Shown in pieces: positions 12,612 to 29,619 of a stretch of 64,000 nt of DNA. Made by a program: the position numbers and the translations under genes. Numbering within the stretch: position 1 is the first letter of the stretch; the number at the start of each line of letters is the position of its first letter. The stretch covers positions 99,758,001 to 99,822,000 of the forward strand of contig NC_043003.1 in the NCBI RefSeq assembly GCF_006345805.1, in the 5' to 3' direction. This DNA comes from Octopus sinensis. Its lineage: Eukaryota. The notes beneath the pieces were generated by a model. That model did no database searches. It had not been told where the DNA came from and saw only the letters and a list, made by a program, of their open reading frames with translations.

Positions 12612-14121
12612 GAATGCAATACTATCATCGGCAACAAGAACAAGAACAAAGACGACAAAAACAACAGGAACAGCCTCGATTCTGTCGATCCTTCTGCCAG
12701 AAATGGCAGTCAAATCACTCTTAAATTACATCTTACTATATTAGTCAGAAACAAAATCGACTGGCTGGCCGCAGCTTGAATGGTTTCAATCATAGGTCTG
12801 CACAAACAGGAGCAAAGCAACAAGACATCCACTAGGTGGTCGCTCGACCAGCTGGAAGTAGCAGTCAAATCTCTCTGAAATCGAGCCTTACCTTTTAACA
12901 AATAGTGGATGAGATGATTAATGTTATCCGAGGAACACAATACTTGGAAACAGACAGGATGGTCGTTGAAGGAATGCGTTGAGCAAACATCGCCTCGTTA
13001 AGACCTGAGGAATCTCAACAACAACAACAACAACACAAAAACAACCACAACAGAGTTAACGCCTCTGCGAACAACGAGAGAAGTAGTACCAACCAGAATA
13101 TCACTAATAACAGTAACAACAACAAAAGGAGCGGTGATAACATTAACAACAACAACATCAAACAATAATTACCACAATAACACAATAAAGTAAAAATGAA
13201 ATTGTCACAACTGCATCAGAGTGGCCTTGCTATATCACCTTTAATAGAATATAATGCAATAATGGACGAGGTCAATTGAATTATCTTCTGACGTCATTGG
13301 TCACGTGATGATCGGCTAATTTACTGTAGCAAGAAACCGTCCAACAATCAGCGTCTAAAAACGATGAAGATCACATATATTCCACACATTGACACGCATA
13401 TATATATATATGCACTCAGCCACGCACACACATATGATGTGCATTTGTACACATACAGCTTCGCACATGCGCACACCCACAAACACATTCAAACATACGC
13501 ACACATACAAACGCGCGCACACACACACACATTTGCGCTAACAGGCTGTCTGAAATATAATATTTAGTCAAAGACACGTAGTTATATATTATGGCTAGCA
13601 TACTCGTGTCGTCAAAAATACCGACAATTCTATTAATAATAGAAATACGGTGCATCAAAACAATGAGAGAAACTATTGCTAAATGTCAACTATCGAGTAA
13701 ATATATGTATATACACAGAATTGAAGGACTTGAACAAACAGATATAGTTCTGATGTTTCGATTGAAAATGTTATCGTCCACGTACACTATGTATGTAGGT
13801 GGAATATGAAACGTACACTTTTCCATGCTCACATGAATCAGACAGATTCTCATTGCCGACCCTTACCGGTTTCCACTTGACTTAATATTCCACCATGCCC
13901 AAACGTGATTATGTGGAAGATTGAAAACGAAGAACACCTCTTGCATGCACTCGCTTACAACTATTCTCGATGTCAAGGCAATGAGACGGTAAAACAAACA
14001 CACACGTACATACATACACATATATCCCCATATATACATATATCTCCATATATACATACACACACACGCACACACAAAATAATATGGCTGACTTATTAGC
14101 AATTTAACAACCTAAAGGGAA

Positions 14122-14420
14122 ATTAATAGACGTCACTAAAGTGACAGAGGGTATAATTAGTACCAGTATTGGTAGAAATAAGAGTCAAAACAACTCAATG
14201 GCCACAAAGCACTATCTTAATCCTAGCAGATATAGCCAAATCGATTATTTCGGATTTTGATGCCTGCTAGAGGCTTACCTCCCCTTGTCAGACATTAAGA
14301 TAGTGCTTTGTGTGTCAGACATTAAGATAGTGCTTTGTGGCTACTAAATTATTTGACTCTTATTTCTATCAATACTGGCACTAATTAGTACCCTCTGTCA
14401 CTTTAGTGACGTCAATTAAT
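14122..14420. repeat. About 300-bp fold-back (MITE-like) element with about 100-bp arms
   Basis: 14122-14221 is the reverse complement of 14321-14420 with few mismatches; TTAA at both ends. Confidence 0.75.
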
Positions 14421-14500
<80 letters not shown>

Positions 14501-14501
<1 letters not shown>

Positions 14502-17030
14502 TAGCAGAAAGACCACCATCCAGGCGGTTTTCTGCTAGCCACTTGATAATATTTTCACATTGGATTCCCAATTCTAATAACTTTTATATTTTACGTCTAA
14601 TTATTTCTTTATATAATAGTGCTCACTTACTTAGTAATTGTTCCTTTCATTATTTTATCACAGTCATAAGCTCTCTTTTTTAAACAAACATCACGGTAGT
14701 CCAACAACAGTGGGAAAAGCAGTTTGTCAAGTTTTACCTTACCCTCAAAGCAACATAGAGATTTCAATTCAGCAGCCCATCTATAAGCTTTGAAGTGTGT
14801 GTGTGAGAGAGGGGGGCGAGAGATAACATTGCAAACAATGAATGAAATAAACAGGAAATGAAAAAGTCGTATGAATAAAAGGGTATTACTACAGATATAT
14901 ATGTCCCCGACTTTGTTGCCTCATAACATCCAGAAAACTGGATACATTTTAACAAATTTTCTACAAATACCGCTTAGATATTGTGGCTTCAGAGTATATA
15001 GGGATTTATGGGAAAGAATTTTTCCGAGGCGGTGGAGAGAGGAGTTTCGGAAAATTCGCATGATCTGACTTTTTTCCCTCATAACTTTCAGGAAGATGGG
15101 TATCTTTTAATGAAAATTTATATAAAATCCCTTTCAAACGGCATAGATTACGATTATAAAGAAATTTGTGGTGGTTTTTCCCATATTTTAAAGCCACAGC
15201 CTTCGAAATGATGGTATTAAGGGGCGGGCATCTTTGTATGAAAAAGTTTTTTAAAACTCATTTTTTACACCCTCTCCCTCCTCCTCCCACTCCTGACCGA
15301 TTTTGGCCAATTTTTTTTCGCACTTCAAAACCATGGGAAGAGCATTTTCGGTGAAAAAAATAAAAAGAAAACTGTTAATATTTGCAGAGGGAAAAGTGAG
15401 GGCAATTTGTCTGTTGTTTCTAGCACATTCAAAGATAACCCTCCTCGTTTCTTTATCGCTCTTGGATGTATTCATATTTTTCAACATTTTCCCCATAAAT
15501 ACATTTATATGCTATAAAAAAGAAAATTTGAGAAATTATGAATTTTTTCCAACCCCATTCGCTGCCCCCGATTGTTTCTGTTTAGAAACTGAAATATTGG
15601 AGAGCCTGAGAAAGTCATTGCTGGCATTTATCCCCAGTGATTTTTTAAAATTACGGTTAATGTACTTGCATAGCAAGTGAGTTTCACGGCACTACTTAAA
15701 TACAGATGTCCTGATGCATCTACGTAACGATATGAAGCGGGGTAGTTTTAGGGTAAACAACATTCTTTGTTTTCTGGTTTGGAGCATAGACAAATAGGTC
15801 TTGCAAACTAACTACCCTGGATAAACCAACATAAAGTTGACAATGAGAAAAGCAAGCCAGTAGATTTCAAAGACTGATCTTGGGCTTTATTAAAAAACAT
15901 TGCAAAGCAATGTCGCACCGGGAATTGTATCTCAAATGGCATGTCTGTTGGTTTGATTGGAATTCCTGGAATGAAAACCTCTGCCCCAGAGGCACACCCA
16001 TTGATGGTGGTAGCTTTTGTCACATTAAGTGATAATGTCATCACAATCAACCTTGTTCCATTGCATAATTTAGGAAGATCTAAATTTCTTAGAAGCATTA
16101 TTGGGACACCTACCTTCAGAAAAAGTTTAGCTGGGGGAGTTCCAGGTTGCTCAAGAGAATTAAGAAACTCTGTTGGATAATGGACAGCTTGATTTTCATC
16201 AAGGACTGAATCAACTGATTTGTACTCCTTTATGACTGTTGGAATCTTATTCATTAAATTATGGTTAATACTGTCTCATTTTTTTTGAGCAAGAATTGCC
16301 GTTTCACACAACCATTTATGTGAATTATAGTTATTACCTAAGTCTGGAAATACCCTGTTCTTCAATTTGGCTGGGGAATTCACCACCATGGCAATATGAG
16401 CCAAATTGATATCACCCTTCCCATCAAATGTTACATTCCCATTTCCTAATTGGAGGAGCCAGGTTGAAAACTGTTTTGCGCATTGGTCCCCATGTAATAA
16501 AGCTCGCACATTAGTAATGAAGGAGGATTTCTGTACTTTATTCCATAGGTTTGAAGACTTAATACATACTTTTATTTCATCAGGTGTTGTTCATCTCGGA
16601 ATGACTGGTAATGTCTGTCTGGTCTCCTGATAAAACTAATTTATCCCCTTCCATAGGTTTATTGTTGCCTCTTATGTCCTGTAAGGTCTTACCAAGAGCT
16701 TCATTTGCATCTCTTTGTGACATGGTGCGTTCATTCCAAATGATCAGGTGGCATTGGCGCAACACTTCTGCTGAACCTGAACTTTTGCTTATGTAACAAA
16801 TTGGACTGTCATTTGTGTCCAGGTTTAGCGGTAATTTAAAAGCAGAATGAGCTGTTCGTCCTCCTGGGAGAATGGTGAAAGCAATGCCAGACAGTGGTAC
16901 AGCAACTGCAATTCTTTTTTGTTGCCTTACCTTGGAGAGAAGCAATCTTGTTACAACTGTTTTACCTGTGCCACCAGGAACATCAAGAAAGAAAATTCCT
17001 CTGCTTTTTTCTGGCGATTGTGGAACGCTG
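14501..17030 (-). mobile_element. Helitron remnant: PIF1-like helicase of RepHel plus 3' terminus
   Basis: Helicase motifs FFLDVPGGTGKT, LPGGRTAHSAFKLPL, LFLKVGVPIMLLRNLD..LCNGTRL, QFPVRHCFAMFFNKAQDQSL at 15808-17030, with frameshifts. The minus strand ends in a hairpin plus CTAG at 14504-14501, followed by T of a (TA)n array. The 5' part is lost at a (CA)n run. Confidence 0.85.
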
Positions 17031-17043
17031 CACACACACACGC

Positions 17044-17078
<35 letters not shown>

Positions 17079-17520
17079 CAGATATACACATACAGTATCA
17101 AACTTCAGATGAAATGGACGTGTGTGTGTGAGAGAGAGAGAGTGAGTGAAGGGGTGTGTTGTCATGTATACGTACATACATAAATAAATAGGTATACATC
17201 TTTCTTGTATGTATGTGTATGTGTGTGCGTGCGTGCGTATGTCTTGTGTGAGAGAGGGAGTGCCACTTAAACATCACTCTCTCTCTCACACGCACACATA
17301 CATACAAAAATGATGTATGTATATGTATTTATTTATGTACGTATACATGACAACACACCCTTCCCTCACTCACACACAAACACACACACATACATAAATG
17401 GATACAAACGTACGTACAAAAACACACGTGTGCGTGTGTGACTGACTACAAATACATAGAGCTGAACACGGCGTGCAAAAAGAAAATAAATAAATAAAAT
17501 TTACGGAAATTAACGAAAAG

Positions 17521-19310
17521 GGAATAATAACTTGGTTATTGTTATTAATTTGGTTACTACCATTATTAGTTCTTGGATTATTGGGGTTTGAGTGATTATT
17601 ATTGTTTGCTCTTAATCTAGCTTTTTTAATTCTGGTTTTATTAGCTGCCTCATAGCGAAGTATAATAAAACCAGAATAAAAAATTCTAGATTAAGGGCAA
17701 ACAATAATAATCACTCAAACCCCAATAATCCAAGAACTAATAATGGTAGTAACCAAATTAATAACAATAACCAAGTTATTATTCCTGCACCTATGGTGTC
17801 TAACCACCTGGTTAACAACGTAGAGATAACTGATAGTGGTTCCCTAAATAATGACTTTAGTATTGATAACAACAGTGGCTATATTAACAATAGTAACAAT
17901 AACTATAATAATAATAATGGCAAAAACAGTAATTACTATAGTAATAATCATGATAGAAATAACAGTGTTGATAATGGTAGTAACAGCACTAATTATAATG
18001 ATAGCAATAATAGTAGGCCCAATAACCCTACTCCTATATCGAATCACAGTGTAACGGATGAACCGATAAACCCAGACCCAACACGGATTGGTGGCACACC
18101 ATATAATACTGCCACATAAAATGAAGCTACTACTACTAATAATAATAGAATAACTCAGTCCACCTCAAACAATAATTGCGGAAATAATTATACTAATCAC
18201 AATACCAATATAATTAATAATACTGGTGATATGGATAATAGATCTAGCATTAGTACTAACGATAGAGGGAATAAAGGTAGGAAAACTTTGAACAGCACCA
18301 ATAGAGATAATAACAATAATAATAACGACAGTGTAGGTATAGTCTCTATCTACTATAGTAGTAGCCAGGATAAAAACCCTATCAAAATTGACCCTCTATG
18401 GGTAAATAACGGACGGTCTGAAAATTATAATTTCGGGTGCAATTGTGTAACAACATGTCCTTTACGTGGAAATTTCCTAGCAAAAAGCATAGTCTACTCT
18501 TGTGAAATAATTACGGAATTAAATACTCTCACCTACATTGGATGTTCATCCGCCTGGAAATCTAGGTTCTATAACCATAGGTCGTCCTTTAGACTCAAAC
18601 ATAAGGCTAATAGTGCTTCCTTATCGCGTAGGATATGGGAACTTAAAGATAAAAATATCAACTTTAATCTTAGATGGTCCATAGTGGGATCGGCAGCGAC
18701 TTATAAAAATATTAGAACTGGTTGCCAGTTATGTTCCTTAGAACTCCTGAAAATCATTAGATTCCCTGATAAAGACAAGCTAGTTAATAAAAGATCTGAA
18801 TTCAAACCAACTTGCATGCATAAACTGACTAAAACCTTTAAATACTATAATCCTTAAATCTCCATTATCTACTTTAATCCCTTCATGATCGTCTCACATT
18901 GGAACTTCCATCATCTGCTCCCTCCTGCCACTATTCAGGCATTGGATTAGCAACTCCTAGTTTTACTCCCAACTACTTACTTATTCGGTATACCCCATAT
19001 AGTATGCACGTATTAATCAATCTGAGAACTTTTATACTTATTTATACAGAACATAGATAAATAATCTAGTCATTGACTCTATAATTTAGAATATCACTAC
19101 CAACCAATACTAATACTTCATTAATGTTTATAATAACATTATACTAGTAATAATGGGTAAATAGGAACCTCGACTTTTTTAACTTCATACACTTCCTAAA
19201 CAATCAAAATAGGAGTATAATTTACATAAGCGGATAATCTTGAAATCTCTCCAATCAATATATATTTTTCCAATCACTATATTATTACTATTATATTATA
19301 ATATTATAGT
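17521..19310 (+). mobile_element. Penelope-like element, 5'-truncated, GIY-YIG domain with 5' fold-back
   Basis: ORF 18231-18857: CNC..TCPLRG..SIVYSC..YIG..WKSRFYNHRSSF..SLSRRIWELK..RWSIV..CQLCSLE..NKRSE..CMH. Asn-rich linker upstream; 123-bp inverted repeat at the 5' end. Confidence 0.85.
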
Positions 19311-19325
19311 ATTATTATTATTATT

Positions 19326-19880
19326 GAGTGAGAGAGCAGTTCATGCCATCAAAGTGACACTGGGGTAAAATATACGAAGCCCAATATACCCATCATGACT
19401 ACCCGTCTGATAAGGGTACACCAGGCACATGCATCACAACCATATGTGCGCGACATGGTGATCTCATATCAAGATAAACAGCACATGACCTTGCAGGTGG
19501 GGCCCAGTTAGAATTTTCTTCAGGTTGGGTAGCCCATCCCGCTCAAATATCCCTGAATTAGGGTTGTTTAAGGATGTTGAAAGAACCACCCATGTTTCCA
19601 GAGGTGAATTATTCAAACCCCAAAGAATCCCTCTCAACACATGGCTATGATGCTCCCCCACTACTTCTGCTCGTGATCAGAGATGCACATATCGTCAGCC
19701 ACCAAGGGACATGCTCAACTGGTTAAGGTCAAACAACTGACAAGCAAATCTGTGGTATTGAGCAGAATATTTGCTGTAGCCCATCTTTTATACCAAGACA
19801 AAACAATGTACATGATAACACTTCCAATCAGTTAAGATCAGAAGCCATGAGAGCCACTGCCTGGTACTGCATCAGGGCAT
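19326..19880 (-). mobile_element. 555-bp non-coding interspersed repeat in a (TAA)n array, copy 1
   Basis: Near-identical to 55722-56277; both copies are flanked by (TTA)n. The strand is inferred from the TAA-tail convention. Confidence 0.75.
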
Positions 19881-19892
19881 TTATTATTATTA

Positions 19893-19968
<76 letters not shown>

Positions 19969-21945
19969 CATTACGATTATTATAATTTTTCTTTGTATTT
20001 TATCTTTAAATTCCATCATAATATTCATTTCAGCTTATCTTATTTCTTATTTCTTATTTTTTATTTTTTATTTTTATTTTATTTTTTGTCTTTTATTCTT
20101 TACATTTTCACTTTGCTCTTTACCTCTTTGTAACATATTACTATTTATTATTATTTATCTTTTTATGTGTTATGTCAGATATCTTTTGAGCATTTCCAAA
20201 TATATTTGATGGATTTTGATATATTATTGATATATTATTGATACATTCTCAGTTTAAGCTGTCAATATCTTACTAAGTGTGTGTGTGTGTGTCAGTATTT
20301 TACTAAGTGTTATGTCCTTTCAATTACGTTATTTTTAGAAAAACTGATAATCCATCACTCCGACTTGTAGTTACTTAATGACAGGCCTACTGGATAGATT
20401 TTTTAAAAACTCTTTTTTAAAAAAAATGACAGGCCTATTAGATAGATAAAAAAAAACCTTTTGAAAAAAACATTTTTTTAATCTTTTTAAAAACTTTTAA
20501 ATATATGGAACTCAATCTTTGGAGAATAGTATATTAAGCTATATTAAATTATTAAATATTAAATCATTAAATTATTACTGTTATGTGCTCAAAAACAATA
20601 TAGACACTTATAAGATGTAATGTATGTGTGTATATACATGGATATAAGTGCGTGAATATATGCGGATATTATACATGGGGATATATATATGTATACATAT
20701 GTATGTGTATGTGTATGTGTATATATATATATATACGTGTGTGTGTGTGTGTGTGTGTGTCTGTGTGTGTGTGTGTATAAAGATATGTGTGTTTGTGTGT
20801 GTGTATAGATATCTATATCTGTACATATGCTTAAGGATAGGTGGATATAGTAGTGTATGTATGTTTACTAGGGTTTAACTGGAGATATGTGTGCAGATGT
20901 GTGTGTAATTCCATGTATTTAATGCTGTGCATAATGAGGCATACGTGTATACACTCGAGCATGTTAGCTTATATATATATATATATATGTATGAGTACGT
21001 GTATATACACACACATATACATATACAATAAACTTATAAAGCTAGTAACTTATGGCGGCGGGCTTGTGTAAACTGACCATTCATCACAACGATGTCAAAT
21101 TACAACCTCAATCAGTATTTCAGCGAGTGGTCAGTGGTCGAAATTAAGAAGTTATTTATGACCACTGCCATCCCATCAAAGCCAAAATCTCATTCTCAGC
21201 CCTTTAGTATCTTATCTCTTTATCTCTTACTCTACTTTATATTCTCAATTCTTTTGTTTTTATCTTTTTCGTTACTTTATTCTTATTTGGCTAATTCTTA
21301 TTTATATGTGGTTCTAACTTTATTATCCTTATTTTTACTTTTTTATTATTTTTGCATTTATTACTCTTGTCTTTCGCTTCCATTGTCTTTTACTTCCAGT
21401 ACTCTTACTCTTCATTTCTTGTTTTTCATTGTTTTATTTTTTAATTTTTAACTTTTATTTTTTCTCTCTATTTTTTCTTTCTATCTTATTTTCCTTCCTA
21501 TCTTATACAAGAGAATTGAATATAAACCCATTCCAATCTATTTAACATTCACTCTATGTTGACTGGTGATACAGTATGGGCATATTTTCGAAATCCAATG
21601 AATCTTTATACATTTATACAGTTATGAAATTTTACAAATACACTTTTTCAAGGAAATATGATAAACCTATTACAATGGGTAATACTACATGTACTTTTCA
21701 TATTTTTTATATTGTGATGAAATTCTTTGGACTTACGATGTTTGCGGTTGAAGAGAGCTTTAAACCATCTTTTATATCAATAATACACTGATGTAATAAC
21801 GGATTGTTTATAAAGCTTGAAACACGTGTACCGCGATATCCTTTGTGTTCTGGTTTTAATTTTATTTGATATATTCATTCTCACCTCTGCCGCTATCTGG
21901 CATATACAGGGCTTACACTCATCAAGTATTCACCCTAAATTTAAA

Positions 21946-23410
<1,465 letters not shown>

Positions 23411-23415
23411 TATAA

Positions 23416-23490
<75 letters not shown>

Positions 23491-23591
23491 AATACATAAA
23501 TATATATATAATATATATAATATATATATAATATATATATATAAAATATATATATATAGTGGCTTGCCATCCAAATACCACACACACACAC

Positions 23592-25395
<1,804 letters not shown>

Positions 25396-25396
25396 C

Positions 25397-25488
<92 letters not shown>

Positions 25489-25999
25489 TTATATATACAT
25501 AAATATATATGTGTATGTATGCATGTAAATATGTGTGTATGTATAAAACAGTATTTTGAAAACAAAGAGTATAATATTTAATTTCGTATGTGTGTGGGGG
25601 TGCCTGTGTGTGGTTTCGGGTGTGTGAATTTGATAAAAATCAATATATTTTACGATAAAAATTTAGTTTTGATTAAAATACCAGTGACTTCAGAGCAAAA
25701 CACCTCTCTACAGTTCGTCTGCTTTTAACATTTCTGACTGCCGCCTTCTCCCACTCCATTTGTTTTTTGATTTCTCCTCGTCCAGCGTGACCGGTGTGAA
25801 ACACATCTTATTTCATTCTATGTAAGGTAAGATCAATTAAACTTTATGATAGCAGAATGAACTGCCAAATACAAACGACAAACAAAACAACTAGGTAAAG
25901 ACGCTCCTACAGCAAGGGAGTTGTTGCATAATTTAGAAAACTTCAAAATATTTTATTACGCTAAGGAGTTACTCGCAAAAAGTATATACACTACAGCAT

Positions 26000-26310
26000 C
26001 GGCTCGACCAAAGCCTTGTGAGTGGATTTGGTAGACGAAGACTGAAAGAAACCCGTTGTATAGGTGTGTACGTGAGTGTGTGTTTTCGTGTGTGTGTCTG
26101 TGTCTGTGTTTGTCCCCCGCCACCGCATGACTGGTGTTGGTGTGTTTATGTCCTCGTAACGTAGCGGTTCAGCAAGACTCCGATAGAATAAATACCAGGT
26201 TTTAAAAAATGTAATAAGTCGATTCAGTCGGCTAAAAATCTTTTAACATGGTGCCCCTGCATGGCCGCAGTCTAATAAATGAAACAAGTAAAAAGCTAAA
26301 GATACGATAT
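26000..26310 (+). mobile_element. SINE family B, 5'-truncated
   Basis: gaccaaagccttgtgagtggatttggtagacg..aactgaaagaaacccg + (GT)n + cgtaac..gcggttc..aaataccag.., ending ggtgcccctgcatggccgc..gaaacaagtaaa. Shared with 45478, 56660, 35530 and 34800. Confidence 0.7.
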
Positions 26311-26865
26311 ACAAGGACACGTAGCGTATTATGTAGACTGTTATTGAGCAATGCAATGGGGTAGGTAGTTTGAGGTTCGTAGTTTTTGGGGGCGTCGGAA
26401 CAATAAGTTCATTTTGGTATTTGCTCCAGCTCTTTACGTCCTGAGTTCAAATCTCGCAGAAGTCAACTTTGCTTTTTATTCCTCTGGTGTTAGTAAAATG
26501 AAGTACCAGTCAACTGTTTGTCTTGATGTTATCAACTACCTACATTCTTGAAATTGCATGTATTTATGCGTGCATACATGTGTGTATAAATACAAGCATA
26601 CATGTATGTATTTGTATATCTACTAAGGTTTTGCCTGTCAGATGACGGTTAACTTTTAAAGTACACATTTACCACTGTTGGTATCTAATATAATATAGTA
26701 CACATACAATAATCATAATTTAACTTCTATGAAATTATACAAAAATTATGAAATGGATGCTAATTTTCAAAAGAAAATCTATTACTTTCGAATGAAATTA
26801 AACCAATATTCAAGAAGAAATGAAAACAATATTTTCCGTGTTGATTTTATGGCAGTTCACACACA

Positions 26866-26871
<6 letters not shown>

Positions 26872-26957
<86 letters not shown>

Positions 26958-27033
26958 ATATATATATACCTATCTCTTTCTTTGTCGCGTTCTTTCTCTC
27001 TCCCTCTCTCTCCCTCTCTCTCCCTCTCTCTCC

Positions 27034-27062
<29 letters not shown>
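26872..27062. repeat. (TC)n/(TA)n microsatellite
   Basis: Directly visible. Confidence 0.95.
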
Positions 27063-27065
<3 letters not shown>

Positions 27066-28181
27066 CGTGGCACTCCGTCGGTTACGACGACGAGTGTTCC
27101 AGTTGATCCGATCAGCGGAACAGCCTACTCGAGAAATTAACGTGTAAGTGGCTGAGCACTCCACAGACACGTGTACCCTTTGAAATATAGGTACAACAGA
27201 AACAGGAAGAAAGAGTGAAAGTTGTAGTGAAAGAGTACAGCAGGGTTCACCACCATCCCCTGCTGGAGCCTCGTGGAGCTTTAGGTGTTTTCACACAATA
27301 AACACTCACAACGCCCGGTCTGCGAATCGAGTCCGCTGCCTAACCACTGGGCCATTACACCTCCACTTCGGTCATGATTGACGATGGGATTGCACCTAGA
27401 AAGTTACCCTCCCAGGCACAAGTCTGTTTATGGATGACCACCAGTCGCCCATGCATACCGGCCTCCCCTCTCCACGCCACCAGTGTTGTGCAGAGTTTCG
27501 GATGCCGGGGCTGAAGTCTGCTCCAGCATCTCAGCAGTTATTAAGACAAACGCTATGAAAAAAAACGTTGAATAAAAGGGAATTACTCCAATAGGCATGG
27601 GGAAAGTAATACTTCATTCATAGAATCCGCATATGCATAAATATATACACACACATTCACGTATGCACACACATACATGTATGTATATATATCTATATAC
27701 ATACTCACACACGCGTGTACTTATACATACAAACACACATATATACATATGTATGTCTACGCATACACGCACATACGCATATATACCCATGCATGCATCA
27801 CTTCACTCATACATACATCTCTATACGCTCATACATACGCGGATATACAAAACGTAGTTTATACGCACATGCATATACATACGTGGAGAGACGTATATAC
27901 AAATAAAAACACATACGCAAAAACGCACGCATCATTATGTTCATATACACATCTCTATACGCACATACACATACATATGCGGATATGCAAAATAACCTCA
28001 AAACGCACATACACATACATACGCGGATAGACGTATATACAAATATAAACACATACGCATAAAAACATAAACCGTAAAACATTCACATTCGCCGCAAAAC
28101 TTGAATATACAAATGAGTTATATATGTATATACACAAATACACCCTCCCGTCTGTCATTTATACTATTGATATTATTATTA

Positions 28182-28238
<57 letters not shown>

Positions 28239-28269
28239 CATTATTATTATTATTGCTATTTATAACATT

Positions 28270-29290
28270 TCTGGCTAACTTAATATTTTTCTATTTAGTC
28301 TAGCTATTATGGTACTTATATTTGGATGAGTAGAGTATGATATTCTCACTGATTTGCAAGAAATCATTTTATAATGTTTATGAGAAGCAGGGAAACTTGT
28401 TTCTAGTATGGACATAATTATGCCGTATATGTTCGTAGAAATTGCACAGTTGAATGGAATATTCAGCCATACAACATTTTTTCTTTTGAATTTTTTTATT
28501 TGAGTAAGGGTGGGGAAGATTTATATTATCTATATCCTTTAGAGTTTTGTTATTCTCTTTAGTCCTATATATATATTTATTAGGTTTTTTATCAGTGCGA
28601 GAGATTTTTATATTATTATTTGTATCTATTCTATTTAACTTAACCTTTTTTATATGTCCTGTTTACCATTTCCATTTATTGCATCAGGTTTATATGCTAG
28701 GTTATCTGTTTTAGTTGATTTATATTTTTTTAAAGTTGAAGATTCTATATTATTTGAGCTATTTATATTCAATTTCTCATTTGAAAGCTTTATATTATCA
28801 AGATCTAGGAAGGTGATTTCCTGGTTATATCCTGCTCTAAATAAAGCAACATTGTAATGATGTGAGTGAGAATTTAAAATTTCATTGTTAGACGATAATT
28901 TTATAATTCTTCTCAAAATACTTCTAAATATCGATTTCAGTATATTAAGGGGTGGTTTGATAATTTATTTACGTATCTAATAATTTCACCATCTTTTCTA
29001 TATGGGTAAATATAATTTCAAGTTTAAATCTAAAGTAGCATCTAGAAAGTTAACTATCTTGGTGTTATATTCATAAGTGATGCCTAAGTTGAAATCCTTG
29101 AAAAATCCACTAATTTTCTTCCTTATTCTCTCAAGGATCGATTTATTATTACTAGGGACGATAAATAATGCTTTATCCCTATATAAACCCCCTTGTAATT
29201 CGGGGATCTCTCTACTTAGGCATTTTAATAAGTAAGACCCTACTAAATTAATGACCTCCGCTGAGTCACTGGAGCCCATGGGTATATCTA
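28270..29290 (-). pseudogene. Penelope-like RT fragment (palm/thumb/linker)
   Basis: [35 protein letters not shown]; YVNKLSNHP..RRIIKLSSN..ALFRAGY; VVWLNIPF..TNI..SFP..HK..VRISYS..NI. The 5' side dissolves into (TA)n. Confidence 0.8.
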
Positions 29291-29371
29291 AATTATATGA
29301 GTATATATATATATATATAATATATATATATACATATATATATATATAAATGTTATGGGTATATATATATA

Positions 29372-29417
<46 letters not shown>

Positions 29418-29425
29418 TATATGGG

Positions 29426-29457
<32 letters not shown>

Positions 29458-29495
29458 GGGTATATATATATATATATATATATATAAATTATATG

Positions 29496-29562
<67 letters not shown>

Positions 29563-29619
29563 GTATCGATGTATGTACATATACGTATGCATATATGCAT
29601 ATATATTTTTTATTTATAT

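Noticed and set aside
25790-25830. Splice-donor-like aag|gtaag and other isolated splice signals
   Set aside because: No supporting exon ORF or acceptor; host exons cannot be supported from sequence alone.
27240-27545. HDV-like ribozyme in a LINE/SINE-like fragment (gtca-atca-tgac-cgaa)
   Set aside because: A P4/J4-2-like word is present, but P1, P2, P3 and P1.1 could not be assembled by hand.
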